This document shows, one piece after another, positions 43,492 to 54,300 of a DNA stretch of 64,000 nucleotides. The stretch lies in sequence record MN850576.1; one strand, 5' to 3'. The notes beneath the pieces were generated by a model that was not told the origin of the DNA, did no database searches, and was given only the letters and a program-made list of their open reading frames with translations. Source of the stretch: Escherichia phage ime. The position numbers were made by a program, and so were the translations under genes. Numbering within the stretch: the first letter of the stretch is position 1; each line of letters opens with the position of its first letter.

Positions 43492-44177
43492 TAACCCTCC
43501 TGTCTAGTTGCGTTTACTGTAATACTTTCACAATAAATGGTTGTGGTGTCCCAATCAGGTCTTACGTCAGGAACATATAGCAAAGTAGCCAGCCCACCAA
43601 CTCCGAATTGGTTTTCTTCCCATACTGATCCGAAGCCAAGAGCTGTAGAGTCCCCTTCAAAACCAAAAGCTTGCCCTTGCGATTCTGTAAGACGCAAATG
43701 ACAAGGCAATGGTAGCATATCTAAGATCTGATCGATAGACTGCAATATGTCAAAGCAAGTTTTTCTAATATTTATGTCAAACCTGAAGTTGTCTCCTTTC
43801 CACGTATCGAAATTGTCTCTTCCGAACAATTGTCGCAAGGTGGAGATGACATCTTCGCGAGTCCCGCCCCTTGATGCTGCGGCCTGCTGAATAATTAGTG
43901 TGGCACGAAAATCAGCATCTGAAAGTCCATTCCTAAGAATACCAAGTTGATTACCAACTTCGTCAAGGTATCTTCCGCTGGCATTGTTAAGCAATCTTCC
44001 TTCAGCCAAACCTACCAGCATCTTATCAACATCCTCCAACCTTTTAAGGTATACGGTTAAGAATGTGACTAAATTAACCTTCTCAGCCAGAAAATCTCCA
44101 GGCAGGTAGTCAAGACCTCCCTGAACAAAATCTGGCAGAGTGTGGATGTGGTTAACATCCGACTTAATCTCTGCCAT
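43491..44177 (-). CDS. putative baseplate protein (gpI-like)
   Basis: 228 aa; immediately downstream of the baseplate J-like gene with start/stop overlap; no diagnostic motif beyond position and size. Confidence 0.4.
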   Translation of the reverse strand: MAEIKSDVNHIHTLPDFVQGGLDYLPGDFLAEKVNLVTFLTVYLKRLEDVDKMLVGLAEGRLLNNASGRYLDEVGNQLGILRNGLSDADFRATLIIQQAAASRGGTREDVISTLRQLFGRDNFDTWKGDNFRFDINIRKTCFDILQSIDQILDMLPLPCHLRLTESQGQAFGFEGDSTALGFGSVWEENQFGVGGLATLLYVPDVRPDWDTTTIYCESITVNATRQEG

Positions 44178-44188
44178 ATCTCGCCGCC

Positions 44189-45679
44189 TTAAATAGTTTG
44201 TTGGAAAGTTATATTACTTTCGTCGAGGTCAAACACCTCAGTCATGTTCGCAACAATATCGTTTGTAGTGTAAGCTTCATCAGAAGCTCCTACGGATTTA
44301 ACTTGAATTACCAGTCTATTAAATCTGCCTATTGACACAGCAGCAGATGCAGCACCTACCAATTGGATATTATACAACGTATCTGCAACATCCAGTCCGT
44401 TAACAACCTGCAAAAGAGCCTCTATAATGGCATCTTTTTCGGTTGTGGAAAGCGCAGCACCGGAGTAGGTAATTCTCATATCCAGGCGGTAGGTATTTGC
44501 CTTGGAGTAATAAATTCTTTCAGTCTGACCGTCAGATGTAGTGACATCGTAGAAAATATTACCATAAGTCCTGTTCGTACAGGCTATAGTTTGGTAAAGT
44601 GCCTGGCAGATATCCTCTGTTGCACCACCAAACACCACCACTTGAAACTTATAAGGTGGTATACCTTTCGCATCCGTTTTATCGGTGTTGTTAGAGAACA
44701 CTCTTACTTTCTCAACACCTTTCACCTCGCTTACAGCGCTAAGGATTGCAGGACGGGTAGCCTTAGATGTTAACTGTTTTGTGCTGGAAGCTCTTAAGCG
44801 ATACTCTGAGTCTTTCTCAACATCCCTGCCCTCATTGAATCTTTCTCTGTTGGTAAGCTTGATAAATCCACTGGGAGTAGGTGACATTGTTGTCACGGTT
44901 TCTGCTTCTCTTGACAGCTCACCAGCCTCGTTAGCGATAACATCCAGTGTGATAGTTCTTTCCCCTACAATCGGGGATACTCTGAAATCTACCCTACTGT
45001 TAAGTCCAACTTGATCAAGATTCGAATTGTACCCTATCCACAACGTTCCTGTCAACATATCGATCTGAATCAAATCGTCGTTCAACAGGGTTGTATTATC
45101 GACAATGAATTGCTTAATCTCTCCGTAAAAGCTTGGCAAATCAGAAGAGTCCAGAGATTTATCTGTTAAAACCAGGCTTTTTGTTTTGATACTTCCATCT
45201 GTCTGGTTGGTAATTTGGAAGTTGTATTTCCCAATCCTTAGGTCTGGAGCATTTATTCTGTGAGCAATAAGATTCCCTGCTACTTGCACATCGTTGCTAA
45301 GAACAAAGTTGCCACTGTCCAGCGTATAAGTTTTGGAATCATAAATCATATTGTACGGCACAGTTGTGTTGATTGTCAACTGGCAGGTACCTGATGATTT
45401 AGAACGGCCTCTTCGGTAAATACCCTGTCTTCCAAGAAGCTCATCTAGGTAGATACCTTCTGCCCCATACAGCGTCTGTGATGCGTATACAGATGCTGCC
45501 ATAAGAATAAGTTGATACTCTCGCTCGTTGAAGATAGTGGTCAGCTTATCTGCAACGGAGTTACTCTGTACGTTGAAGTTTTCGCCAAAAGCACGGATCA
45601 GGCTTTGCTTAGTTTCAACGATTAGGTCATTTAGGGTTGGTATAACGAAACCAGCCTCTGTCAATCCATACTTAGCCAC
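44189..45679 (-). CDS. putative baseplate J-like wedge protein
   Basis: 496 aa; N-terminus MAKYGLTEAGFVIPTL and overall architecture resemble baseplate J-family proteins. Confidence 0.45.
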   Translation of the reverse strand: MAKYGLTEAGFVIPTLNDLIVETKQSLIRAFGENFNVQSNSVADKLTTIFNEREYQLILMAASVYASQTLYGAEGIYLDELLGRQGIYRRGRSKSSGTCQLTINTTVPYNMIYDSKTYTLDSGNFVLSNDVQVAGNLIAHRINAPDLRIGKYNFQITNQTDGSIKTKSLVLTDKSLDSSDLPSFYGEIKQFIVDNTTLLNDDLIQIDMLTGTLWIGYNSNLDQVGLNSRVDFRVSPIVGERTITLDVIANEAGELSREAETVTTMSPTPSGFIKLTNRERFNEGRDVEKDSEYRLRASSTKQLTSKATRPAILSAVSEVKGVEKVRVFSNNTDKTDAKGIPPYKFQVVVFGGATEDICQALYQTIACTNRTYGNIFYDVTTSDGQTERIYYSKANTYRLDMRITYSGAALSTTEKDAIIEALLQVVNGLDVADTLYNIQLVGAASAAVSIGRFNRLVIQVKSVGASDEAYTTNDIVANMTEVFDLDESNITFQQTI

Positions 45680-45750
45680 GTCACTCCTCCGGTATGAAAA
45701 TCTCTACAAGGTATTTTACCAAATTTTGTAACAATAGTCAATCTGAGCAT

Positions 45751-45775
45751 AAAAATAAACCCCGCCGAAGCGGGG
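45751..45775 (-). terminator. rho-independent terminator (minus strand)
   Basis: Minus-strand CCCCGC-UUCG-GCGGGG followed by UUUAUUUUU, just downstream of the J-like gene stop (45785). Confidence 0.55.
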
Positions 45776-45784
45776 CTTTAAAGG

Positions 45785-48700
45785 TTAGTCGTGAGACTCG
45801 TTCCAAGGTCCCTGGAAGCTTGAGTTAGAACGACTAACGATCACAGTGGGACAGGAGATTGTGACACCTGTCACGCTAGACGTTGACCACGGTGTGTAAA
45901 TCTCGACAATAATGTCTATAGTTTGTTCACCTAGACCAGTTATCCCTACCGCACACATGCCGTTGTTGTCGTTTCCGTACTTCTTACCTGCAAGGATTTG
46001 ATGTCCGGCTATCCAAACGTTAAGCTGGGAGCCAGACAATGTCCCGTTTAGTTTAAAGAAGAATGTTACGTTCTTACCTTGTCCTGAAACGTTGTCCACA
46101 TATCTCCACCTCCAACGGCAAACCCTCTGCTGCGAGTTGTATACTGGAGGACAGTCACCGTAGGTTCTGTGTGCAACTATTGCACCTTCGAACTGGTTAG
46201 CACGGATAACAGAAGCTTCTACACGCCCACGGAAGGTACCTCCAGTTGCATCTATGGTACCCCTAAAGTTACCATTATTGGCATAAACATCTCCACGGAA
46301 GGTACCACTGGTGGCGTTAACTGCCCCTGTGAAGTTACCAGAACTGGCGTTGATGTTGCCTTTCACCCACACATCCATAAATTGGGCGTGCCCGTTCTTG
46401 TTAATGTACCAACCGTATTTATGGTACCCGTTGCCATCGTAGTTGTTTGACGAAATTTCTTGTGCGATCTTGGCAGAGGAGATCGTGCCATTCTCTATAA
46501 AAGCGTCTTTCAAGAACGCTTGGTTGTTCTTGATTGCGAAAGCAAGGGTTGCTGTTCCATTTCCAGGGTTGTATACCGCAAAATTGTTTGCACTAACCAT
46601 GAAGTAGGATTGAACTTGTCCTCCAGACCCCTCCATGCCTAGCTGGATACCTGCAACATACTTATTCCCTGCAGAGTCTACCTGAATCTTAGCTCCCCAC
46701 TGAGCATTTATTTTACCCTCAAGTGTTGTTACAGCTTTAGAGGTATTAGATACTGTAGCCCTGAGCTCATCAATATTACCCATTTCGTCAACAATTTCTT
46801 GTTTTGCAGAGGTAAGTTCTTGACGGATCGCTGTGGCTGTATTATTAACAAGATCAACTGTTGTACTATTAGTTTCTTGAATAGATGCTTGCAGATTGGC
46901 AACCTCTTTCTGCACATCATCTTCCAGCTTGGTGATCTTCCCTGTAGCTGCCACCAGATCCTGCTTAATAGCTTCCGTTGTCTTATTTAGCAGATCTGTT
47001 GTTGCCTTGTTGGTTTCTTGAATAGAGGAGTTAAGTTTACTCTCAGTGTTCTTCAACTCTTCCCGCAGAGTACCTTGAGTTGCAGTTATTTGCTCACTCA
47101 ATGCTTGAGTTTTACGATTAACAAGATCAACGGTTGATCTATTTGTTGTCTCGATTAGTGACCCAAGCCTACCAGACTCTGCTGCAAGTTTATCGTCAAA
47201 TGATTGCTGAGCTGCTACCAGCTTACTGTTAAGGGCAGAAATTTCTCCATTAACCCCTGTAAATTTTTCTGTCGTCTCTCTGACAACACCCTCTATTGTA
47301 TCCCCAAGCTCTTCAAAAATGCTAGTAACACGGTCATTGACTGCACCAACATTTTTATCCATTTCCTTGACTGCATTATCAAGATTGGCGGTAAGCTCTT
47401 TATAAGTCTCTGTCTTTTTGAACTCAGCATCAATCTGTGGCATAAGATCTTCTATGGATGTGTAACAGTGGGCTGCACACTCCACAAAAGCAGATGAACC
47501 AAAAGCATTTGTTGTCCTGATATACCAGTAATAAATCTTATCGTTCTGCAGACCTTCAGATGTCCAAGTTGAACCAACACCCATACGAGTGGCTTTTGAA
47601 GTAACGGTTGCATCACTGGTATCTGGCAATCTTGTCATCCCAGATGTCCAAAAGTCGTACTGGGTGCTTACACTAGCCAAGTCTCTGCTGTGCGGGATCA
47701 GGGTAATAGCAAAGTATCCCTGTTTAACTTCTACAGAAACCGGAGCCTCAGGTGCCTGAATGTTAAACTCACAGTATGCTTCTGGAGATACACCACCTTT
47801 ATAAGATGTTGCAACAACAGTGGCTGTGTAGGAACCTTTAGTCAGACCTTCAACACGGACAAACTGCTCAACTGTCTGCGCTGTCCAGACAATCTCTCCG
47901 TTTTTCCTGACCTGCACAATGTTTTGAGCATAAGTCCCAACGTTGTCCCAAGCCAAAACACCGTGAGTTACTTCTCCAGCTTGGAGAACGGAATATCTGA
48001 AGTTTTGCGGTTGAGCTACACCAGATGGAGATATCGGAATATCTACATCGCCAGAATCCGGAAGTTGCCCTGTGGCATCATTCCACTCTTTAGCATCTTG
48101 ACGAAGTTTTACCTTGACACCCCCCTTTTTGGTAAACTCCCATTCAAGAACTCTCATTTCTTGGCCCACTATACCAATACTTGGGAGGTCCATTGTAACG
48201 TAACGACCAGGTTTAAATTTGAAACCTCGCATATTGCAGGTGACTTCAATAATCCTGCCAGCTCTGGCACGTCTTAGGAAGATTGCAGAAACACGCTGAG
48301 CTTGATAAGGACTGGTAACAAAGCGATAGTCTATATCGATTATCTTTCTTTCTCCATCCTTCTCTATCCACTCTGGGACAAACACTGATGGAAAATCTGT
48401 TTCAGAATACCCTTTGGTAGGACTGGTGAATCTGCCAGTTATTGTGTTGGATCTTTTGTCAAATGAGGCTTCCGGATAGATCTTGACCTCACCACAGACA
48501 CAATCCTCACTCAGTGTCATTGTTGCCGGGCCATAGTATGCACCAACCAGCAAACCATACTTACCAGCTACATAGCTGAGATCTGCACCACAAGCTTTCA
48601 GCATTTCTGCCATAATGCTTGCTGGGGCCTCATCCATGTCAAACTCACCGTTAATGGTGTAACGTCGCTCACTGGTTCCGTCAGCGTTTTTTACCGCCTC

Positions 48701-49384
48701 GTCGCATATGTTGGCAGCCTCCTTGAAGGACTCCCAGTTAATGGTTTCGTCAGGACATTTAAGGTACGTTCTTAAATAGTCTAGGATCACCAAGGCCGCG
48801 TTATTGGTATACACCTCTTTACTGATACGAGGATCATAGCATTTTTTACCAACCTTGACAAGTGTAACGTTTGGCAACCCAAAAGGAAACTTGTTAGGGT
48901 CAAACCTGAAGCTGGCACGTAGCCAACTGATCCCTCTACCTATCATGTCGGGTGACCATGATGGGCAGTGTGTACCCATGAAAGGATCAGATGTTTTTCT
49001 GTCGTTATGTAGCTCCCACGATACCAGATCTCCATACGAGGAAATAGGATTACCGTCGATAAGTATATCTTCTATACCTTCCAGAGGGTGATTGGCAAGA
49101 ACAATAGCACAATGGAGGGTTCTGTCGCTATCCTGCTCCAAAAACGCAAGCAATCCGGATGTGCGTGTCTTCCCATACACTACAGAGCAGGGTGCAGCAG
49201 AAGATCTGAGAAGCTTTTGTCTATCTTGCTGACTTCTGTAAGATTTGTTGCCCTCAAAAATCTTATCCAGAGTTCTGGTGGTAACAGTGTTCAGGCTGTC
49301 AGCCAGAGCTGCCTTGGATGCGTTCCAGTCATAACTTGAAGATCTTGCAGAAGCAACGATGTTATCAATCATTGCAATTGGCAT
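45785..49384 (-). CDS. central tail fibre / host specificity protein (lambda J-like)
   Basis: 1199 aa; segments ...APEAPVSVEVKQGYFAITLIPH...YDFW...YYWYIRTTNAFGSSAFVE... and ...KYVAGIQLGMEGSGG...YFMVSANNFAVYNPGNG... resemble the central and C-terminal regions of lambda J as I recall them; long coiled-coil segment. Confidence 0.65.
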   Translation of the reverse strand: MPIAMIDNIVASARSSSYDWNASKAALADSLNTVTTRTLDKIFEGNKSYRSQQDRQKLLRSSAAPCSVVYGKTRTSGLLAFLEQDSDRTLHCAIVLANHPLEGIEDILIDGNPISSYGDLVSWELHNDRKTSDPFMGTHCPSWSPDMIGRGISWLRASFRFDPNKFPFGLPNVTLVKVGKKCYDPRISKEVYTNNAALVILDYLRTYLKCPDETINWESFKEAANICDEAVKNADGTSERRYTINGEFDMDEAPASIMAEMLKACGADLSYVAGKYGLLVGAYYGPATMTLSEDCVCGEVKIYPEASFDKRSNTITGRFTSPTKGYSETDFPSVFVPEWIEKDGERKIIDIDYRFVTSPYQAQRVSAIFLRRARAGRIIEVTCNMRGFKFKPGRYVTMDLPSIGIVGQEMRVLEWEFTKKGGVKVKLRQDAKEWNDATGQLPDSGDVDIPISPSGVAQPQNFRYSVLQAGEVTHGVLAWDNVGTYAQNIVQVRKNGEIVWTAQTVEQFVRVEGLTKGSYTATVVATSYKGGVSPEAYCEFNIQAPEAPVSVEVKQGYFAITLIPHSRDLASVSTQYDFWTSGMTRLPDTSDATVTSKATRMGVGSTWTSEGLQNDKIYYWYIRTTNAFGSSAFVECAAHCYTSIEDLMPQIDAEFKKTETYKELTANLDNAVKEMDKNVGAVNDRVTSIFEELGDTIEGVVRETTEKFTGVNGEISALNSKLVAAQQSFDDKLAAESGRLGSLIETTNRSTVDLVNRKTQALSEQITATQGTLREELKNTESKLNSSIQETNKATTDLLNKTTEAIKQDLVAATGKITKLEDDVQKEVANLQASIQETNSTTVDLVNNTATAIRQELTSAKQEIVDEMGNIDELRATVSNTSKAVTTLEGKINAQWGAKIQVDSAGNKYVAGIQLGMEGSGGQVQSYFMVSANNFAVYNPGNGTATLAFAIKNNQAFLKDAFIENGTISSAKIAQEISSNNYDGNGYHKYGWYINKNGHAQFMDVWVKGNINASSGNFTGAVNATSGTFRGDVYANNGNFRGTIDATGGTFRGRVEASVIRANQFEGAIVAHRTYGDCPPVYNSQQRVCRWRWRYVDNVSGQGKNVTFFFKLNGTLSGSQLNVWIAGHQILAGKKYGNDNNGMCAVGITGLGEQTIDIIVEIYTPWSTSSVTGVTISCPTVIVSRSNSSFQGPWNESHD

Positions 49385-49821
49385 TAATACCTCCAGACAT
49401 CAACAACTATAGAATCTTTCATGTCGAACATAAAGACCCCTTTATCACCTTTCGCCCAAAGCTGGTTGTTCCAGAACACACCAGCGGTGAGCCCGTTCAG
49501 ACCTTCGAAGATAACAATATCGCCACGCTGAACCTGTTTAGGAGTATCTAGTCGAGTCATAAAGAGATCAAAAATAGTAGGCAGGTGTGTGGTTTTGAAA
49601 CGGAGCATGCACCATCTTTTGCTTTCCAACTCTGTTTTATACGTTCCTTCGAAGTTAGAAAGAAAATCTGTTCCGTATTGGGCATCAACACACTTAGCTG
49701 CAAAGGTGCAGCAATCGTGGAATCCCCATTCAAAAGGTATGGTGGCCTCTTCGTCAAACACTTTCCACAATCTTTCTTGCCAATCCACTAAACGAGGGTG
49801 TGTGCTCATTAAACCTCCCAA
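49384..49821 (-). CDS. putative tail assembly protein (Cys/His motif WGFHDCC; possible NlpC/P60-like)
   Basis: 145 aa immediately upstream of the J-like gene, in the position of lambda K. Confidence 0.4.
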   Translation of the reverse strand: MGGLMSTHPRLVDWQERLWKVFDEEATIPFEWGFHDCCTFAAKCVDAQYGTDFLSNFEGTYKTELESKRWCMLRFKTTHLPTIFDLFMTRLDTPKQVQRGDIVIFEGLNGLTAGVFWNNQLWAKGDKGVFMFDMKDSIVVDVWRY

Positions 49822-50375
49822 ATGATCGGGCGGCTCGCCACCTGATCCACATATTTAAAAAATCTGTCATTATCGTTTCTTGAGCTGTGGCTTTCCTCCG
49901 TGTACCGATAAGGAAAACCTCTTAACCAACTGTTGAAGATGGAAGAAATGGATATGGACAAAGCACTATTCTCACCCGTCTGAATAGCCATATCTGTTAT
50001 AAGGCCGTCAAACAAGCCATTGGTTGTAACAGGCAGACCATTCTCCATAGCGGTAATGTACAACGTGGCACGACACCCAGAATACTCCGTCTTCAGCAGA
50101 TCACCCACATACTTAGGATCAAACCCGTTCAATGTCGCTACCACAGATCCGAAGTTGGTGGCATCTTTCTCAGACACAGCAGTTAATGTTGCTGATCCAC
50201 CTATCCCTATAAAATGTTGCCCCTCAATTACTACAACACCAGTGCCTGAGCACACCCTGACAGTTCCTGTGGGTAGCTCCAGCTTTGCAGCAATTAAGAT
50301 CTCAACACCATCAAGCTCCAGCTTTTCAAGAAATAAATTATCTAACGGCGCTCTGATCATCTTAGAAATCCTCAA
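49809..50375 (-). CDS. putative minor tail protein
   Basis: 188 aa; overlapping start/stop within the tip-complex gene string. Confidence 0.4.
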   Translation of the reverse strand: MRISKMIRAPLDNLFLEKLELDGVEILIAAKLELPTGTVRVCSGTGVVVIEGQHFIGIGGSATLTAVSEKDATNFGSVVATLNGFDPKYVGDLLKTEYSGCRATLYITAMENGLPVTTNGLFDGLITDMAIQTGENSALSISISSIFNSWLRGFPYRYTEESHSSRNDNDRFFKYVDQVASRPIIWEV

Positions 50376-50952
50376 AGAAGTTGATAACTATATTATCACC
50401 TTTTTGCATAGCATCGACTTTTTGCTTAATTTTATAAATATCTCTGATATGAAACCTACCCTTCGGGGATTGAGTTATTATCTTCATAGTGTCCCCTGCG
50501 GCAATAGGTTTTCTAAGTCTTGGAGATATGCCTATAACAGCAGACCCAACACCATCGCTACGCACTGGAGCTGTTACCACTTTCAATTCATCATTGACAG
50601 ATATTTTATCCCCAGCTCTGGCTATGTCTCTGTTCGGCTCCCACCCAACCGTCTTCAAAAAATCGTCGTTACCAGTAGGCCCAAGGGCGATTGGCTCATT
50701 AGCTGTTACTGAGTGACCGTAAGTTTTAATGAGAAAGATGTTCCCATCTTTATACACCTGATCAACAAAGCTCTTAAGCTCTAGCAACTGTGACTCGCTG
50801 ATATTGGAAACCGTCAAAGTGCCTTTCCAGTTAGGTGTGGCATAGGTTACTTTTTGCGTTTTACCTGTAAACGGACTTTTAAACGTAACAATATCTGCCA
50901 GCAGCTCCAATCTAATATCTGGAAGGTATCTAGGCCTTTCCCATAAAAACAT
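50362..50952 (-). CDS. putative minor tail protein
   Basis: 196 aa; in the position analogous to lambda L/M. Confidence 0.4.
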   Translation of the reverse strand: MFLWERPRYLPDIRLELLADIVTFKSPFTGKTQKVTYATPNWKGTLTVSNISESQLLELKSFVDQVYKDGNIFLIKTYGHSVTANEPIALGPTGNDDFLKTVGWEPNRDIARAGDKISVNDELKVVTAPVRSDGVGSAVIGISPRLRKPIAAGDTMKIITQSPKGRFHIRDIYKIKQKVDAMQKGDNIVINFFEDF

Positions 50953-51016
50953 TGTGCCTCCAGGTTAAACAATCATGATAGTTATTTTACCAGATTTTGA
51001 GTTAATACGCAATACA

Positions 51017-51044
51017 AACAAAAAGCCCCCGCCGAAGCGAGGGC
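51017..51044 (-). terminator. rho-independent terminator (minus strand)
   Basis: Minus-strand GCCCUCGC-UUCG-GCGGGGGC followed by UUUUUGUUUG, downstream of the 110-aa gene. Confidence 0.5.
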
Positions 51045-51050
51045 AATACT

Positions 51051-51383
51051 TTAAAGTGCTTCCAAGGTGGATACTGATGGGTCGAACATGTTCAACCTTA
51101 TCGAATCTACAACTTTTCCGCTTTTAGAGATGATGTTTTCTGCATCCTCGTCCAGAGCCAGAACGTTAACATAAAACAATTCACTTTTCTCGCAAACTGG
51201 GTAGACAACCATGTTGCCAAATTCATCTTCGGCCTCATAAGTGTCTCCAGTCTCTGTGTAAATGAACCCGACAACCTCTACAAGAAGGGTGTTTTGCAAC
51301 ACCTCATTCTCGTAAAAGCCGATTTCGTCCATGAAACCGTTAAAATCCTCCCTGTCAGTAAATCCAAGGGTAAAAGTATTCAT
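51051..51383 (-). CDS. hypothetical tail-associated protein
   Basis: 110-aa acidic ORF. Confidence 0.45.
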   Translation of the reverse strand: MNTFTLGFTDREDFNGFMDEIGFYENEVLQNTLLVEVVGFIYTETGDTYEAEDEFGNMVVYPVCEKSELFYVNVLALDEDAENIISKSGKVVDSIRLNMFDPSVSTLEAL

Positions 51384-54300
51384 TATTCAACACTCTCCAT
51401 CATAAGCTGGGTGTCTGTCAGTGCAGAGTTCCAAACTCTTATGTCCTTAATATGACCAAATAAGTGTCTTTCACCTGTCGCCGTTTGACCACCAATGCGG
51501 ATGAAAGCACCTCCTGCCAGGAATTCCCAAGAAGACTGCGTTTCTGAGCTCACCAGTCCGTTAGCAAAAGAGCAGGTTTTACCGTCATCTTTTATCCTGA
51601 ACCCAACTTTCAATTTACGAACTTTAGCCATCTCGTAAACACGTCTGTTTGACCCTCCAATATCACAGTATGGATAACCATCATCCGCAATATTTGTTGC
51701 AGAGCCAAATCCCATGATAAATGCAGCACCGGATTGATGACCCTCTGTATCGATAACCCTAGGAGCTGCGTTAGGAGCTTTACCCCAACCTCTCCAGTTG
51801 GCATCCACCGTAGCAGCGATAGTGAATGGTCTAGGCGCTAAGTTATCCGTCATTGGGAATTTACAAAGATCTGCCGCCCTGGTTACAGGTGAAGATCCTG
51901 TAGGGATAAACGAGGACTCACAAGATCCTAACTCAAACTGAGGTATTGCAACGTCAACCCAATCCCCTACGGCATGTTGAGAACTCTCCGGCGGGGCAAT
52001 CTGAAACTGGCACCCGATCTTTCTGTCAGAGGCCACTGCCTCAAACGTAGCAACAACCCTTGTCCAAGCAGGTCCGGCTGTTTGCCATCTCTCAGCTTTT
52101 ACTTTAATTCTCCCCGCTGCACCCCCTGTTGTTTTCACTTCAAGTGTTGACAGGTTAACATAAGCATCACCTTGATATGTTGTGGTGGATCCGTCGTACA
52201 TGTCGAATCTTATACGCAGTCTCTGGTGAGCTTTACCGCCTCTTGCAATGATAGACCCAGTACAGAATTTCTCATCACCTGTTACATCGGCACCTCTGGT
52301 GGCTGGAACTACAGCCAAGTTTAACGCCGTTGTTTCTACACCGGACGTGGTGTTTACTGTAAATCTTGCACCTTTTGTGCCGTTGGTGTTTGTTACAGTG
52401 CTACCGACAGTAATCGCCTGCTGTGCACCCCATTTACTCGGGTCTTCACTGTTAAGCATTAGGTTTGTCCTTTGCCCTTCAATAAGCAGACCATCTCTTT
52501 CAAACCGAGGCTGATCGTTCTGAGCAGTAACCATCACACCGCGTTTAGAAAAGTATGTTGCTGTAGAAGGTCTGGAAAATACCATCTCTCCCTCACCAAG
52601 TGCAGGTTTTAAGTTGGAGGTCAAAGGTAACCAAAGATCAGGCATAACTGGGGCTGTTGTGCTTTCAGGGAAGCTTGTCCTCTTCCAAGGACTCCAAGCC
52701 ATTCCACTACCAGTGTTATTATAATACCTTTCCCATGTTCCACCAAGGTACATCTTATAGATCTGAATACAGCCCGTGCCTTCGTTAGCAGAGTTTCTAA
52801 GAACAATCAGCGTACCAGCCATCTGCTGTCCAGGCGGGTAATGTCTTTCAGCTGTAGCATTAGCATTCGCCTCTTGATGGTAGATACCTTCACGATCTGC
52901 TTTATAATCGTTAAGGTCGCTATTCCCCAGTCCTTGACCACGGTGCTGAATAACCTTGTTCCACGCTCTGTGATTTCCCTGCTCTATGGAACGAGTATAC
53001 AGCTGATCTAAGCGACCTGCTATCTGGAAAGCATAGTTCCCAGAGAATGCCACAGACAACCCGCCAACAACCATCGAACCTTCAGGTCCGTTGACGTTAC
53101 CAGCCATTATTTTAGAAGGGTTGTTATTCCCGAACTGGTTGTTCCAGTCTGCACCTGTGTGGCATACAAAACCACCAGGGGCTGAGAAAGTGCCATCTTT
53201 GTTGAAGTTGTAGAATCTGTGAGCAGAACCTACAACATCACGAACAATAACTTGACCAGCCTCTGGAGTAGATCTGAACTCTGCCTGGCCTTTGAGACCA
53301 GCACCATTACCGCATTTAGAGGTAAACGTACCGTTAGTCAGATCCTCTGTCCCATCTGATGCACACTGGAAGCCTGCATTAGAGAATAACGCCTTTCTAG
53401 GACTGCCGTAGCACAAATAGTCAAGACCGTCTGCCCATAACTCGACTTTTGGCATATTCATTTTGCTCATCACAGCATAGCGTTCAGCAGTACCTATATA
53501 GTGCCACTGTGTGCCGCCACCAGTGTAGAACCCTGAAGTCCCTTTGAAGTCAACAATAGGTCTGGTGTTGGTATTATTATCTCCAAGAACAGCAAGATTC
53601 AAATCTGCTGACTGGAGAGGTGCAACGAACTTAACACCGTCCTGATTGTCTGTTACAGAGCCAACCTGGTAATCTTGCTCCCTGGTAAACACCTCGACAA
53701 CATTTCTACTTGCGTATATGCTGACAGGGAAAGCACGCGCCTCCGCATAGAAAGCAACATATTCTTGTTTACCCCTTGTTGGAGCAACCATCCCAAGAAT
53801 TGCTTTTTCATTCTGGTAGAAATTTACTACCCCGTAGAAAGAGTCTCCTCTGTCTGTCCAACCACCAGTTCTATAGTGACACTGTAAGGTCGCACAGTTC
53901 ATAGGGTCACCGCCGGATGACGATCTGGTAACTATGGTAATATCAGTGCCAGTTGCTGGAGCATAGTACGGATCTGTTCTAACGATAATTGGGTAGTATT
54001 TCCCATCTTCCATCCCTGCGGTTCTTGGCAGTGTTAAGAAGTCTTTTACACCTGCTGCTATAGGAACTTTGAACAGATTCTGAGCATCTGCTAAAGTTGT
54101 AGCCCCAGTGCCACCTGCGGCTTGAGGTAGAGGTTCCCACTTGGCCTTCCGGTTGTTATAAACACCCCATTCCAGAGCGCCGTTACCGGATTCGTCCATC
54201 CCACCATCCCAGATAACCATCTTGGCGGCTTTCTTGGACCCCCAGAAGCCTCTTTCTGCTCCTGAACTACGAATCCATTCTCCAAGACCCCAGTTTGTCA

